This document shows, one piece after another, positions 12,517-25,483 of a DNA stretch of 64,000 nt (positions are counted from its first letter, which is position 1; every line of letters starts with the position of its first letter). The notes beneath the pieces were generated by a model. The model was not told the DNA's origin and ran no database searches. It worked only from the letters and a program-made list of their open reading frames with translations. The DNA comes from Eledone cirrhosa (Eukaryota). The stretch covers positions 70,184,001-70,248,000 of the forward strand of contig OZ024742.1 in NCBI GenBank assembly GCA_964016885.1. Reading direction: 5' to 3'. The translations under genes were made by a program, and so were the position numbers.

Positions 12517-13060
12517 AATGGCTGTGTAGTTGCTATTTAAGGTAACTTAAAATGCAGTGGGAATACAAAGAAAGCAAGAACGGCGGGGGGGGGGGGGGGG
12601 GTCCTCATCAGTTGTCTACTGGGGTCTTGGATATTTCTACGCTTTAAAGACAAGATATCTACCGCCCAGGGCATTCAATAACTGGGTAAGTTATTAGGAA
12701 AACGAAAGAAGGAGGGAAGGAAAGCAATGGGGAAGAAAAGAGAAAACAGTAACAAAACAGCAAAAAAAAACAACAAACCAAGCAATGTGCGAGCAACTAT
12801 AGGTAGGAAATCTAAGACCACTCGATAAGAGAACTTAAGTTCAAGACTGAGTGGTCGAGAAGAAAGAGACACACGTCCGTTCGCCGCAGTTGTAAGTGAG
12901 AAGAGAACTGCTAAACGGTCAGGCGAGGGGATGAAAGGGAGAGGAAGAAAGTGGGGTAGGAGTAGATAGGGAGAAAGGGAGGGGATGAAAGAGGGGTGAG
13001 AGTAGAAGGTAGCAAAATAGGTAGGTAGAAGGGGAGAGAAGAATGGTCACAGCGAAAAAC
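12517..13060 (-). mobile_element. Non-coding ~540-bp insertion flanked by a 24-bp direct repeat; carries a hammerhead remnant
   Basis: ATGATGAAATATATGGAGAATAGA at 12493-12516 and 13061-13084; CTGATGA on the minus strand at 12611-12605. Confidence 0.6.
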
Positions 13061-14756
13061 ATGATGAAATATATGGAGAATAGATAAATATTGTGTTGAT
13101 TAGCTGCTTTGGCTTATACATGGGGTTTTGATTTTTTCCTATTTCTAAGACATAAAATAGAAGGTTCAGTTTTTATTAAGATTGGCTTATACATGAGTAT
13201 ATACAGTAAATAAACAGCTTTCTTGATAATTTGCATGCAATAGTGGCTGGTTGTGTTGTTGTTTAGCCACAGGTGATGCATGAAAATTATAAACTCAGAA
13301 TATTAAGTATTCTGTAAATACATTTCCCTAGCAAGTGCGTAAGTTTTATGGATGGAGAGGTAATTTTGTTTGTCATATTGTAGACTAATTAAACTTAAAC
13401 TAGCTGCACAATAACAAACATTAAAACTTTCATATCAATTGTGGTGAATCTCTTTTGGTAGATATTTCAAATAATTATTTTTTTATTTACTTGATTATTA
13501 ACAATCCTATTACTAATGATACACTTTCATTAACCCTTTTTATACCAACTTTCTGTGATATAGAATTTTCCATTTTAAAGTATTTTATTTTGATTTAAAC
13601 CTGCTTCCAAAATAGTTCATTAGAACTTTCTGTTACATTATATTCCAAACAGGAGTTTCATAATAGAGAAATTAGTTATTTTATTAAATTCATCCAAATT
13701 CTTGGTTATTTAAAAAAATAATTGAAATAATAGAAATATACACGAAATGGTTAATATATTTTCCTTCCTGATTGTTCATTCAGTGTAAGTCTTTCTTTTA
13801 GAAGAACATATTTTTTGGATAGATAATTTATTGGGAAATGTGAATAAAGTTCCAAATTATCCTTAAATCATATAATGCTCTTGTCCACCTTAAAACAAAA
13901 TGTTCTTATAATTGATGTACATTTAACCACATAGCTCTATCAAAGTTCAATGACATTCTCTGAACTAGAACCTCTGTATTTATCTCCCCTACTTCCCATC
14001 TATTGAAAACTGTCCAATTCAACCTGCTTAACCCTTTCATGACCATACTTCTAACAAGAAAATACTGATTTTGTGTTTTAATTTTCAAAATAATCAAGAA
14101 TTATGAGAAGTTTAGTAAAATTACCAACTTTCAACTTAATAATAAAAGATTTAACTACTGAAATCTAATATCTATCATGTAGTAATATGATTTCTGCCCA
14201 AGATTTGAATTTAATTTTGAACATATATTAATAAAGGCAGTTTCAGATTGATTGGTGTTTAGAGGGTTAATAAAGCTATCGTAGTGATTATCTTTAGTAT
14301 GTCCCCAATGAATCACTCTATACTTCAGTCATATATTTTAACCCAAAATAATATCTGATATAATTGTATCTTTTAGGGAATAGGTTTTCCCTTCATTCTT
14401 CAATTTTAAACCACTCCTGTTTATTTATTCTATGCAGAATACTCAGCATTGCCGAAGTTAAAAATTAGCTATAAATGTAGCAGAATTGTTTTAATGAAGG
14501 CATATTCGGTTTATTAGAATATCATTGGATTTCCAGTGTTTATAGCAGTCCAGTGCCTTATGCACTGTACTACAGATAGTATGAGAGAGAGGGAGAGAGA
14601 AACAGATAGTAAGGGTAGAGTAGTAAAACATTGATTCAGCATTGTGTTGATAGCAGAGAAGCGAGTGATAGAACATACAAATGAGAATATGAAAAGATGC
14701 TTCAAGCATTACAGGAGGAAAAAATGGCACATACATACACACAAACACTTACAACT

Positions 14757-15577
14757 ATCATCGTCATCATCATCATCATCACCGTTTAACGTCCATTTTC
14801 CATGCTACCATGGGTCTGGACGGGAATTGTCCCACTTGAGGCAAGATTGGTTGTCTTGCTCAGGACTGTCTGGCGGGTTTTCTATGGCTGGATGCCCTTC
14901 CTAACACCAACCACGTTTACAGTGTGGAATGGGAGGTTTTTACCGTGTTACCTACACGGCCACATTACAGCGCGGACTGTGTTTTTTTGTCGTGACACCT
15001 ACATGACCTCATTTATTTAGGACTGGATGTTGTGGTACCAACATAGCTTTACATCAAAAGGGGTGGTGTAGATGGCAGTGGGGGTAGGGTTAGTGGGACG
15101 GGGGTGTATTTTGGTTAAGAGGTGCCTACTGACTGTAGGTTGCGCTTTGTACTTAGGCAAGGCGGGTCTTCTGTATTACTACGTAGTGCCAAAGATCTTG
15201 GTCCAGTGACATTGTCTTGGAGAGGTGTAAGTGTGTGAGGTCGGACTTTATCAAGTCGTCCCAGGTTTTTCTGGGTCTGCCTACTCCGTAGCTACCGTCT
15301 ATTTTGATTGCCCTGCACTTTTTTATACAGCTGTCATCTTTCATGCACATCACGTGACCATACCAACATAGTCTTCTCTCGAGTCAACAGCATCTGATCC
15401 CTCTTATTCCTAATTTCTCACTTAGTTCATTTATGCTTTGCCGTTCGCGTATATTACTATTACACATCCAACGGAGCATGCAAGCTTCGTACCTCTCCAG
15501 TCTGCATAGATCCTCTGCACACAAGGCCCATGTCTCACTGCCATGTAACATCGCTGTTCGTATGCAGGCATCATAGT
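14757..15577 (-). mobile_element. 3' fragment of the same RTE family as 7476-10320
   Basis: ORF 15153..15353 KDDSCIKKCRAIKIDGSYGVGRP...; 3'UTR and (GAT)n tail are colinear with 7476-8310. Confidence 0.9.
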
Positions 15578-16444
15578 AATGAAAGGACTAAAATGCAGAT
15601 TAATATTTCTTTATTAGTTAGTTATTGAAATTATGTCTCTGTTATCTTTATCAGGTGTCCACATCAGTACTATCCATATGTTATTAGTTATATTTGTTGT
15701 CAGACACCATCCACATGCTTCAGGGTCAACCCCATCACCCATTGCTACCTCTTCCATGGTGAGCTGTGCCCTCCCTAAGGAAGCAGCATATAGCTTGATA
15801 CACCATGTACTCTAGTGTTGTAATGTGACTGGTGCCATGGAGAAAAGCACCGAATCCACTCTATACGGTGGTCATACTGGTGTATGACAGAAAGCACCCA
15901 GTCCATCCTGTAAGGCAGTAGTATCAGAGTCACAATAAAATGCTCCTAGTGCATGCTGTAAAATGGTTGGCATTAGGAAGGGCATCCAGCCATAGAAATC
16001 AGGCCCAAAACAGTAAAGCCTCAGTATATAACAGCCCATCTATTTTTCATGCAAGCATGGAAAATAGACATTAACACTGATGATGATGGCTCTCTGCAAT
16101 GCTACAGTAATTTATAGATTTCACTGGCAAACCTTGAGTTCAGTTCCAGCTCAAGTGTCTTCAACCATAGACTTGAGTCAACCAAAGTCACACGAGTGAA
16201 ATTTGGTTGATGTTTTCCAGTCTGAGGATAACTTTCTGCCTTCTTCCCTGTCTTGGATTCTCACTTAGTGGAGGATTATCCACTCAGAACCACCACTGGT
16301 TCTCTGAAACAAAACCATCAATTTAAAAGGTTCCTATTTAGATTAAAATCTTCTAATATAATTTTGTATAAAAACCTTTTCGTTATATTACAAATGCCAT
16401 TTTAAAAATTGAAATATGTTTAGTAAATCCCTCCAAATGTTTCA

Positions 16445-16690
<246 letters not shown>

Positions 16691-16875
16691 CAGAAATATG
16701 GTAATGAAAAGGTTAAAAAAAAACAATAACACATTTCTCAGAAAGAAAATGAAATTGATAAGGTGTTCTATCAGTTTTATACTTGCTTTGAACTATTTCA
16801 TGTATTTAACTCTTTTGTAACCATATTTTTAATTACATTATTATAATAATCAAAATTTTTAAAGATTTAATGAGT

Positions 16876-19075
16876 GTTGTGAGGAGGGAAAAGTGTAATT
16901 CACCTACCTCATGTGCTGTCTCCTTGGTTAATTGTGTCCAGATGGGGTATATCCATGAGTACCCTACCTACCTAACCTCTGGACAGGACCTATCAACATA
17001 TATCCCAAGCTCACATGGCAAAAACACATGCTCTCAGCACAACAGTCCGAAAACGGGAGGCCCAAACATGCTGGTCTTACTTCTGCTTATGTGACATCTC
17101 TCCCCTTTATGCTTTCAGTAAGGCCCTCCAGTCCTATAACATCACTGACCCTTATACTTCCAGCAAGATCACCTCATCACCTCACTCTATGTCAAAGTCT
17201 GCCATCCATCTGGGTGGACGTCACTTCCATAGTGACCTTTGCAGAGCTGGGGCACAACTCGCATTCTCTCCTCTTTTGTTGTTATCCAACAAATTGACAA
17301 TCCTGCGGACATCCAAGACATGACAAGGCATTCCATCCACAGACACATTGTTTTGGGAATTTACAGCTCTTACTATTCCCTTCCCCCATGTGTACATTTG
17401 AAGGTTTGACCCAGACTTCGTCCCTGACCTGCACAAACACAAGCTCTCTCCCTTTCACAGTTCACTGTGGCACGGATGTTGCCACTCATATCTGAATATT
17501 GCTTTGTTTGGTACCAACTGCTCAGCCTGACCTGACCTGGGCGACATATACCAAAACACTGCCTCAATTGGTGATATGTTCCCTCCCACCATGGCCTTAC
17601 TCATACAATGGTGTCACCACAAGGCCTATACACCACTCTGAAGAAGTGGTTCATATTTCACTTATCAAGCATTTCTTTCAGCGCCTTTGAGTGAAATGCA
17701 GTGCCATTGTCCATCAGCTGTTTATTCGCAGGGTCCTGCTCCAGGAATCTCTCGTTCAGCATTCATGCAATTTCATCTACAATCTCCATCTTTATTTCCC
17801 TCCATATTACCATCTGCCCTAATCCAAAGTTGACCATCGAGAGATAGGTCTCTTGTTAGTAGTGCATCACATCCCTTAATCATTTCCAGTTGGGTTCCAG
17901 TGAAATATTTCCTATCTCATGCGCACCTGGAGTGGGGTTAATTGACTGACACCTGTCACAACTCCCGACCTCTTTCTAAATGCTCTGTCTGGTAACATCA
18001 GAGTCAGCCATCCAGACTAGGAACAGGGTCCTATCCTCCCAAATGATGCTTAGTATGCAGTCTTTTTTAGCTCCAAGTGATGCAACCAGCACACTGCAGC
18101 TACCCTAGCTCTGAATCTAATGGCACTTTCAGCCAAGCTTTCTTCACCCTGGCTAGAACGCATGCCTTATTACTTTCTGAAGGCATAAATACCACACTCA
18201 GCTTCAGGTCGAACTCAGAATTCCCAAGCAACACTTTATTAACGTCTCTACTACCCCTTTTATTCACACCCATCTCTCATCTGTGATTACTAATCCCAGC
18301 CATCTGAGTACAGTGACCAAATTGGTTTGGATTCCAATAGAATACAGCTCCCATCTCAGGGCCAGATTCACTTCCTTCAGCTGGCATCCAATTCAGCCAT
18401 ATTGATATGATTGCAGTCATCCTTCTTCCTGACCCTGGCTGTCCTCCACCTCGACACCCCCTATTTCCAGAATGCCCCCTATCACTATGCTGCTAACTTC
18501 ACACCATACAGTCCTGTTCTCAAATTCAGGCACTTACCAGCTTCCTTTTACTGGGTCCTCCGCCCTTACATTCTCCATGATCTCCCACATCATAGCCACC
18601 ATCCTCTCTTCCACTCTGTCCCCCTAGCTCATCCCGTTCGCAATCACCCTGCAATTGGACAGTGGCCCACCAGTCTCCCACACATCTCTCATCTGTTCAT
18701 GTCAGTGCCCAGTTCCAGGATTTCATTTCTTCTCTGAAATAACACTATGCCTGCCATGTCTCTTCGCTGCTTGAGCCCCAGGTTTTATGATTTCATGGTT
18801 AATCTAAACCTCTTTAGGTGGCCTATGACCTCTGTTGCCAATACCATGGTCTCATCCACTTGGGTGTTTTCAATATAGGAATTGGTGGCCCTTTTTACTT
18901 TGAGAACCATCATCATGATTTTGGGGGCTGAATTCAACCCAAACCCCAGCCTGGTCAGACAGTATGTCTTCCCCTTATTCCTTACTAGCTGATACCTCCA
19001 TAGTTTCTTGACATGTAGCTGCAGATGCGATGATTGTGGAAGCCACATACTTCCAGCAAGGCCTCCATCCCCACA
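16876..19075 (-). mobile_element. Decayed Gypsy-type LTR retrotransposon (RT, RNase H/integrase remnants, possible LTR end)
   Basis: Minus ORF 18785..19048 HLQLHV..YCLTRLGFGLNSAPKIM..SYI; integrase-like GNGTAF..YRP remnants near 17600-17715; boundary TGTTGTG at 16876. Confidence 0.7.
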
Positions 19076-20335
19076 ATAAGATATCCGATTTCTTCATTAT
19101 TAAACTATTGTTTGGAGCATAACATAATAAAAGATTCTCACATAAAATTTTAAGAGCAGGTTTAAATTTAAATAAAATTGAACATCTTTGTATCATAAAA
19201 CTAGAGGCAGTCTTGGGTGGTTTGATATTAAAAGGGTTAAGAAACTAAGTTATCCATGTAAATATTTGACTGATAACAGCTTTAATAGTTTGCTTTTCTT
19301 ACTAAACTAATCCCCAACAATATAAAGTTTGTAACTTAAATTTCCATTAATTCTGATAATTATATAAGAAATAATTAAATCTGCTTCAACATAACAAAAA
19401 CAAAAATAAAATCTTGTAGAGCTCATGTTGTGAATGTTTTATTTAATCTATTAATTTTTCCTATTCTTAATAAACATATCTAAATAAGATAGAAAGAATT
19501 CAAAATACATACGTAGTTCTTATGCTTATATTTTCCAATATCATGGGTTTTATTTTTGTTGTTTTAAAAAAAACTTGTAGATAGATAAATATTTTCTTTT
19601 AATTTCTAAATAAATAAAATGTTTTTGTTTTTTTTTCAAAATACATACTGCAAAAACAATATAGGGAACAACAAGGGCTAACTCTTGGTTAAACAGCATA
19701 TCTCGGTTACATCACACATAAAAGATGGCAAAAATATTGCTAAGAAGAATGGCCTGTGATATCTACTGCACCAGTCATACCCCCTCACAGCGCTCCTTCC
19801 TCTGGTGTAATACCTCCATCCCAATTTGGTGGGGGAAAGCGGCAGTTAGAGCCTTTAAAATTTTGTGCAATAAATACAAATTAAATATATTACTGCAATA
19901 TCTTGAGTGCCACATTAAATAGATTCAATTTTAATTTTATAACATCTAATAATTTATCTTAAAGTCATTCAAAATATAATTTAGTAATATCAATTACTAA
20001 AATGGTTTAATACAAGATAATAATAAATATACTGAAGTGAGATTTTATATTAACATAGTTTCTAAATTATATTATTTTAGATATTTCATTCTGTTTACTG
20101 ACATACATTTCTATGTTTTGAAAAATGAATAAATTTCAATTCATAAACATTTCTTTATACTAGTTTGTAAATTTGTTATATTTTATTGTTCAATTTTCAG
20201 TGTTTAATTCATCTTTGGCTAATTTATATGTATATTTGCGACAACACCTGCTAAATAACTACTGATAAAAATCCAGTGAAGCTTGGTTTCACATAAGCTA
20301 CTTAAATATAAGTAACCTGATATTCTATTCTCTAT

Positions 20336-20635
20336 GGAGGCACATGGCTTAGTGGTTAGAGCATTGGCCTTGCAATCGATAGGTTGTGAGTTCAATTCTC
20401 AGACCGGGTGATGTGTTGTTTCCTTGAGCAAGACACTTTATTTCACATTGCTCCAGTTTACTCAGCTGTAGAAATGAGATGATGCAAAGTGGTCGTGTAG
20501 GTGCCACGGAATAACTCACTGTAAATGAGGTTGGTGTTAGGAAGGGCATCCAGCTGTATAAATCAAGCCAGAATCAGTTCCTGTCCCACCCTTGCAAGCA
20601 GGGAAAAGCGGACGTAAAATGATGATGATGATGAT
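20336..20635 (+). mobile_element. SINE family A copy with internal deletion
   Basis: Head GGAGGCACATGGCTTAGTGG, RTE tail and (GAT)n. Confidence 0.9.
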
Positions 20636-21341
20636 CTAAATCTTTCAGGTAATAAGTTTTTATCATAGATGCCACACTCAAATGAAGACTATCTATTTCA
20701 GTATTATTTCCCAAATGATGTTAATTTTATTTTACCATAATCCATGATATGCTTGATACAACACACTCTTCTGTATTTTTATTTTTAATGATTCTATTAT
20801 TATTATTTTAACTTCAGTCAGGTTTCTTTTTTGTAGTCTTATATTTACACCCCAACACATTGAAAAACTTTATTATTGCATGTTAATACAAAATGGACAT
20901 TTATTACCTTGCCAGGTTGCTAGAGCAACTTCTGAACTGTTATTCATTACCTAAATTTAAAGTTTTTATGTAAGGGATAATATACAGTTTTATGTTGTTA
21001 TGTGCTTTGTTTGTCTCACAGCTGTAGCTGAGACCTGCCAAAATGGTAAAGATGGATGACATGGTAGAGATAATGTGCAAGTGAGGGCTTCACTGCATCT
21101 AGTTCAATAACTTATTCTTCTGATTTCAGATCTAAAAATGCTGACTGTGCCTTTTATTCTTTCAGAGTCAGTAAAATAAGTAACAGTAACACACAAGTCA
21201 GTCTAGTTGACTACATCTCTTAGTTGAGACAGTTGACCCCTCTCACTTTTAATGGTAGGCTAAGTGAATAGATTCAACTGCTAATTAGACTAACATCTTA
21301 GTTGTATATCTTACTGTCACTATAAGAAATAAATAACTGAT

Positions 21342-21689
21342 GGAGGCACATGGCTTAGTGGTTAGAGCATTGGCCTTGCAATCGAAAGGTTGTGAGTTCA
21401 ATTCTCAGACTGGGTGATGTGTTGTTTCCTTGAGCAAGACACTTTATTTCACATTGCTCCAGTTTACTCAGCTGTAGAAATGAGGTGATAGGGACTGGGG
21501 TCCATATCATACCACTGCAAAGTGGTCGTGGAGGTGCCACGGCAAAAAAGCACCCAGCACTCACTGTAAATGAGGTTGGTGTTAGGAAGGGCATCCAGCT
21601 GTAGAAATCAAGCCAGCATCAGTTCCCGTCCCACCCTTGCAAGCAGGGAAAAAGCGGACGTAAAATGAAATGATGATGAAAATGATGAT
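21342..21689 (+). mobile_element. SINE family A copy
   Basis: Full head-to-tail match to the 5262 copy. Confidence 0.9.
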
Positions 21690-23466
21690 TCACGATCTCA
21701 ATGGCTTGGAACACTCTTTAACCCTTTGGATATCAAACTACCTGAAACATCCCTGGTTTTATGATACAAAACTGTTTATATCAAAATGTTAACAGCATAA
21801 AGACCTTCTATCATATTTATAATTTTATGTAAGAGTCTTTACTAAATTAAGTTCCAAACACCAACTATTTGAAAAAATTATAAATCCTTTAAAATGTTTG
21901 ATTGTTTTCAAAATTATTTAGAAATCATACATATTGTCTTTCATTAGAAATATGATAGTGAAACAGTTAAACTACACAAATAAGTACTGTTCTTTCTATC
22001 ATTAGTTTTCTTTTGCTATTTTGGGTCATTTTGTCAACTGAGAGAGCTGGGACCTCTCACTTGCAATGGCATCATATTCTGACACCACAAAAAAGAAAAA
22101 CAAAACCTTTTTACCCTTTAAAATGTTTTAAAATTATAGAAATCATTGGGTGTTGATTCAAAGATCCTTTCTTTTATGACATGATACTGCTAATAATTGT
22201 TTCTAATATAGGTACAAGGAATTGGGGAGGGGTTAGTCAATTAAATCAACTGCAGTATTTTATTGATCCAGGAAGGATGAAGGGCAAAGTTGACCGTAAC
22301 AAGATTTGAACTTAGAATGTAAAATCATAAATAAATACTGCAAGGCATTTTGTTTGATTCTTTAATGTCTGCTTTTCTTTGCTTGCAAGGGTGAGACAGG
22401 TCTTCTTCAGCATCTGTCCATTCGTCACGTTCCCTCGTCTCCAATTGATCTGGCTGGATCCCGAAGCGCGACCAGTCGACCTCATGGATGTTATCCAACC
22501 AGCTTGACTTCTTGTCTCCTATTATATTAGTTTATATCAAAATGAAAGTATAATTTTACTTGACTGAATGTTTACTACTAACACACAGTAGGAGAACCAG
22601 GGATCAAGATGGTTGGATAACATCCATGAGCTCAACTGGTCGTGCTTCAGGATCCAGCCAGATCAATTGGAGACAGTTGCTTTTGACTGGACCTGTTAGA
22701 AGCCATGCTTCAGGATTCTTCTCCAACAACACTCCCAGGAATATGTCTCTATCACTCTCCAAACTCTTTGAACTACCACCAACTCTTCAACCATATTTCC
22801 TACAAGAAGATATATACATCTCACCTCTCTGAAGTCCCTGTCCTTGGTGACATCAATAGCTACAACTCCTCTTGGCTCTTGCACTCATATCTTATTTCAT
22901 TTATACACATTCCTGGCTCTAAATTTCTTTCTTATTTCCAAACCTCACATCAACAAGATGATTGCCTCTACCTTTATCAGGTTGTCTTTCTTTTTTTTTT
23001 TTTTTTTTTTTTGACAACCCAGTACAAATGCCTCCACCTTTGAACTCTATGGCATTTCAAATAGGCATAAAACTGGAAGAACTATCAGCTAACAGGCAGC
23101 ATATGTACTTCACTTCTGACCTGTAAGATACAGCTAAATAAATGCTGCAAGGCATTTTGTTTGATTCTTTAACGATTCTGCCAATCCACCAATTTGATTA
23201 TCAGCTGTCTTTTAAGAAATCTTCATAATCCATTTCTTTCTCATTCTCTCTTCCTTCCTGTCATTTTTAGCTGTATATCTGTAGTTTGCTATAATTATAT
23301 ATTATCAATTAGGAAGATACACTGAGATGCACAAGTACTGGAGTCAATCTGATCGACTTTTAGTCCCTCCCCAAAATTTCTGGCCCTGTACCTAAATTAG
23401 AAATCATTGATAGACGTTAAAGCATGATGATGATGAGGAGGATGATGATATATATATGTATGTATG

Positions 23467-23506
<40 letters not shown>

Positions 23507-24174
23507 AAGAGAGGGAGTGAGGCATTCGTACATATATCATAATCCACTTGGTTGTGGTGGGGCTGATAACGTTGTTAGAACTCAATGTGCCCTTGGAAGG
23601 TTGATTGCAATGATATTAGGCAATGCGATCAGTAATTTTGTGGTAGGTGATCAACGCTTAAGGTATCATTGAAGAAGATCCGCCCAGGTTACATATCACA
23701 GTCTGTTTAGGGATTAAATAATCATATTAAGTTCTTTGAAATAATATCAATTAAATCACATAATTCAACTGCTGTTAAATCTCATAAAGCAGTGAATTAG
23801 CTGAGTTATTAAAGCATTGAGCTATATGCTTCAGTATTTATTCCAGCTCTCTGCACTCTGAATTCAAACACTACTAAGATCAACTTTGCCTTTCATCCTT
23901 TAAAGGTTTGATAAATAAAGTACCAGTTTAGGGACAGTGGATTGGCAGAGAATTGTTTAAGAATTGGATATGCTTTGTGGTATCTGATCTGGTTCAATTC
24001 CCACTTCTTTCTGACAGAAGTCGCGACATACAGATAATATCAACAATAGAATGACCAATGGAAACAATTTCCTTAATCTCTTCCTTTTTCTTTTTTAGAT
24101 CTTATTAAGTAAATGCTTTTTTTTTTTCTTGTTACAATATGAGAAGTGTCAGCCATCCTTAACAATATCTTAAA

Positions 24175-25483
24175 CAAGGGTAAGACAAAAAGTTTCCAGA
24201 CTAGCTCTTTATTTAAAAAAAGGACTTTTTTTACATAACTTTAAACACCATCTCCTTCAAAATAGTCCCTTTGCACAGTAATGCACTGATTCCACTCCTG
24301 GAATGCAGCCTCAAAGTCATCTTTTGTAAGTTTGTTGAGAACCTTCTGCAATTTGGGCTGGATCTTGGCAACAATGTTAAAATAGCAACCTTTGAGCTTG
24401 ATTTTTATCTTTGGGAAAAGGAAGAAGTCAACAGGAGTTAAATCTGGTGAGTAGGCTGGGTGCAGAAGCAATAGCATGTTGTGCTCGGTGAGAAACTCAC
24501 GGATGATGAGTGCTTGGTGACGGTACATTTTCATTGTGGAGAACCCAGTTCTTCGAGTGCCACAGATCCAGTCGTTTTTTGCCAAATGTTCTCCCTCAAG
24601 TGCCTCAGAACCTCTCAGTAAAATTTTTTTGACAGTCTGGCCCTGGGGGACAAATTTTCGATGTACAATGCCGTAGATGTCGAAAAAGACAATGAGCATG
24701 CTCTTCTGGATTGATCTGCAGCTCTGTCTAGTCTTTGTCAGTCATGGAGATGATGGACTTTTCCATTGCGTTGACTGCTGCTTTGTCTCTGGATCATACC
24801 CGTAAACACAAGACTCATCAGCAGTGATGATTCTCAACATTAATGATAGCTCATCTGCTGCATTCTTTGAGTTCTTGGTAAATTTTAACGCAATTTTCCT
24901 TCTAGTCCTGTGTCAGCAAGCAGGGGACAAACTTGGCAGCGACATGCCACATGTTCAGTTCAGATGCTAGGAAGGCCTGCACTGATCCATGTGACACACC
25001 AACAATGGTAGCAAAGTTGTTGATCATCCTCTGACAATCCTCATGCACAAGTTGCTTAATTTTTTCAGCATTTCCAGGATTGATGCTTGTCGAAGTTCTT
25101 TCAGATCACTTATCATCTTCCAGGGATGTTCTTATGCTTTGGAAGCACCCATGCCACTCAAAACATTGCAAACGACCCATTATCTCATGGCTATAAGCTT
25201 GCTGAAGCATGTTCAATGTCTCCGTGACCGATTTTCCAAATTTAATGCAAAATTTCACGTTGGCTCTTTGTTCCAACTTGATGTCCATGATGTAATCATA
25301 GACTTACACACAGACACGATCAGAAAAACACTAATTTAACAACTCATGATATAAACACAATGATGTCACTTGGTATACTGATTTATGACAGTTACAGCTA
25401 CCTATCACTGTGTGTGCAACCCTGTGCTACCATCTGTTGGTGTGCTACAGAGCTAGTCCAGAAACTTTTTGATACCACCTCAT
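24175..25483 (-). mobile_element. Mariner (Tc1/mariner, D,D34D-type) transposon, full length but frameshifted
   Basis: TIR core CAAAAAGTTTCC/TGGACTAGCTCT at both ends; MDIKLEQRANVKFC (25106..25288), ITADES..GYDPETKQQS, HPAYSPDLTPVDFFLFPKIK (24241..24699). Confidence 0.92.

Noticed and set aside
19510-19855. Possible minus-strand exons with GTATGT donors and hydrophobic translation
   Set aside because: Every frame checked contains stops at roughly random density and no homology was recognised
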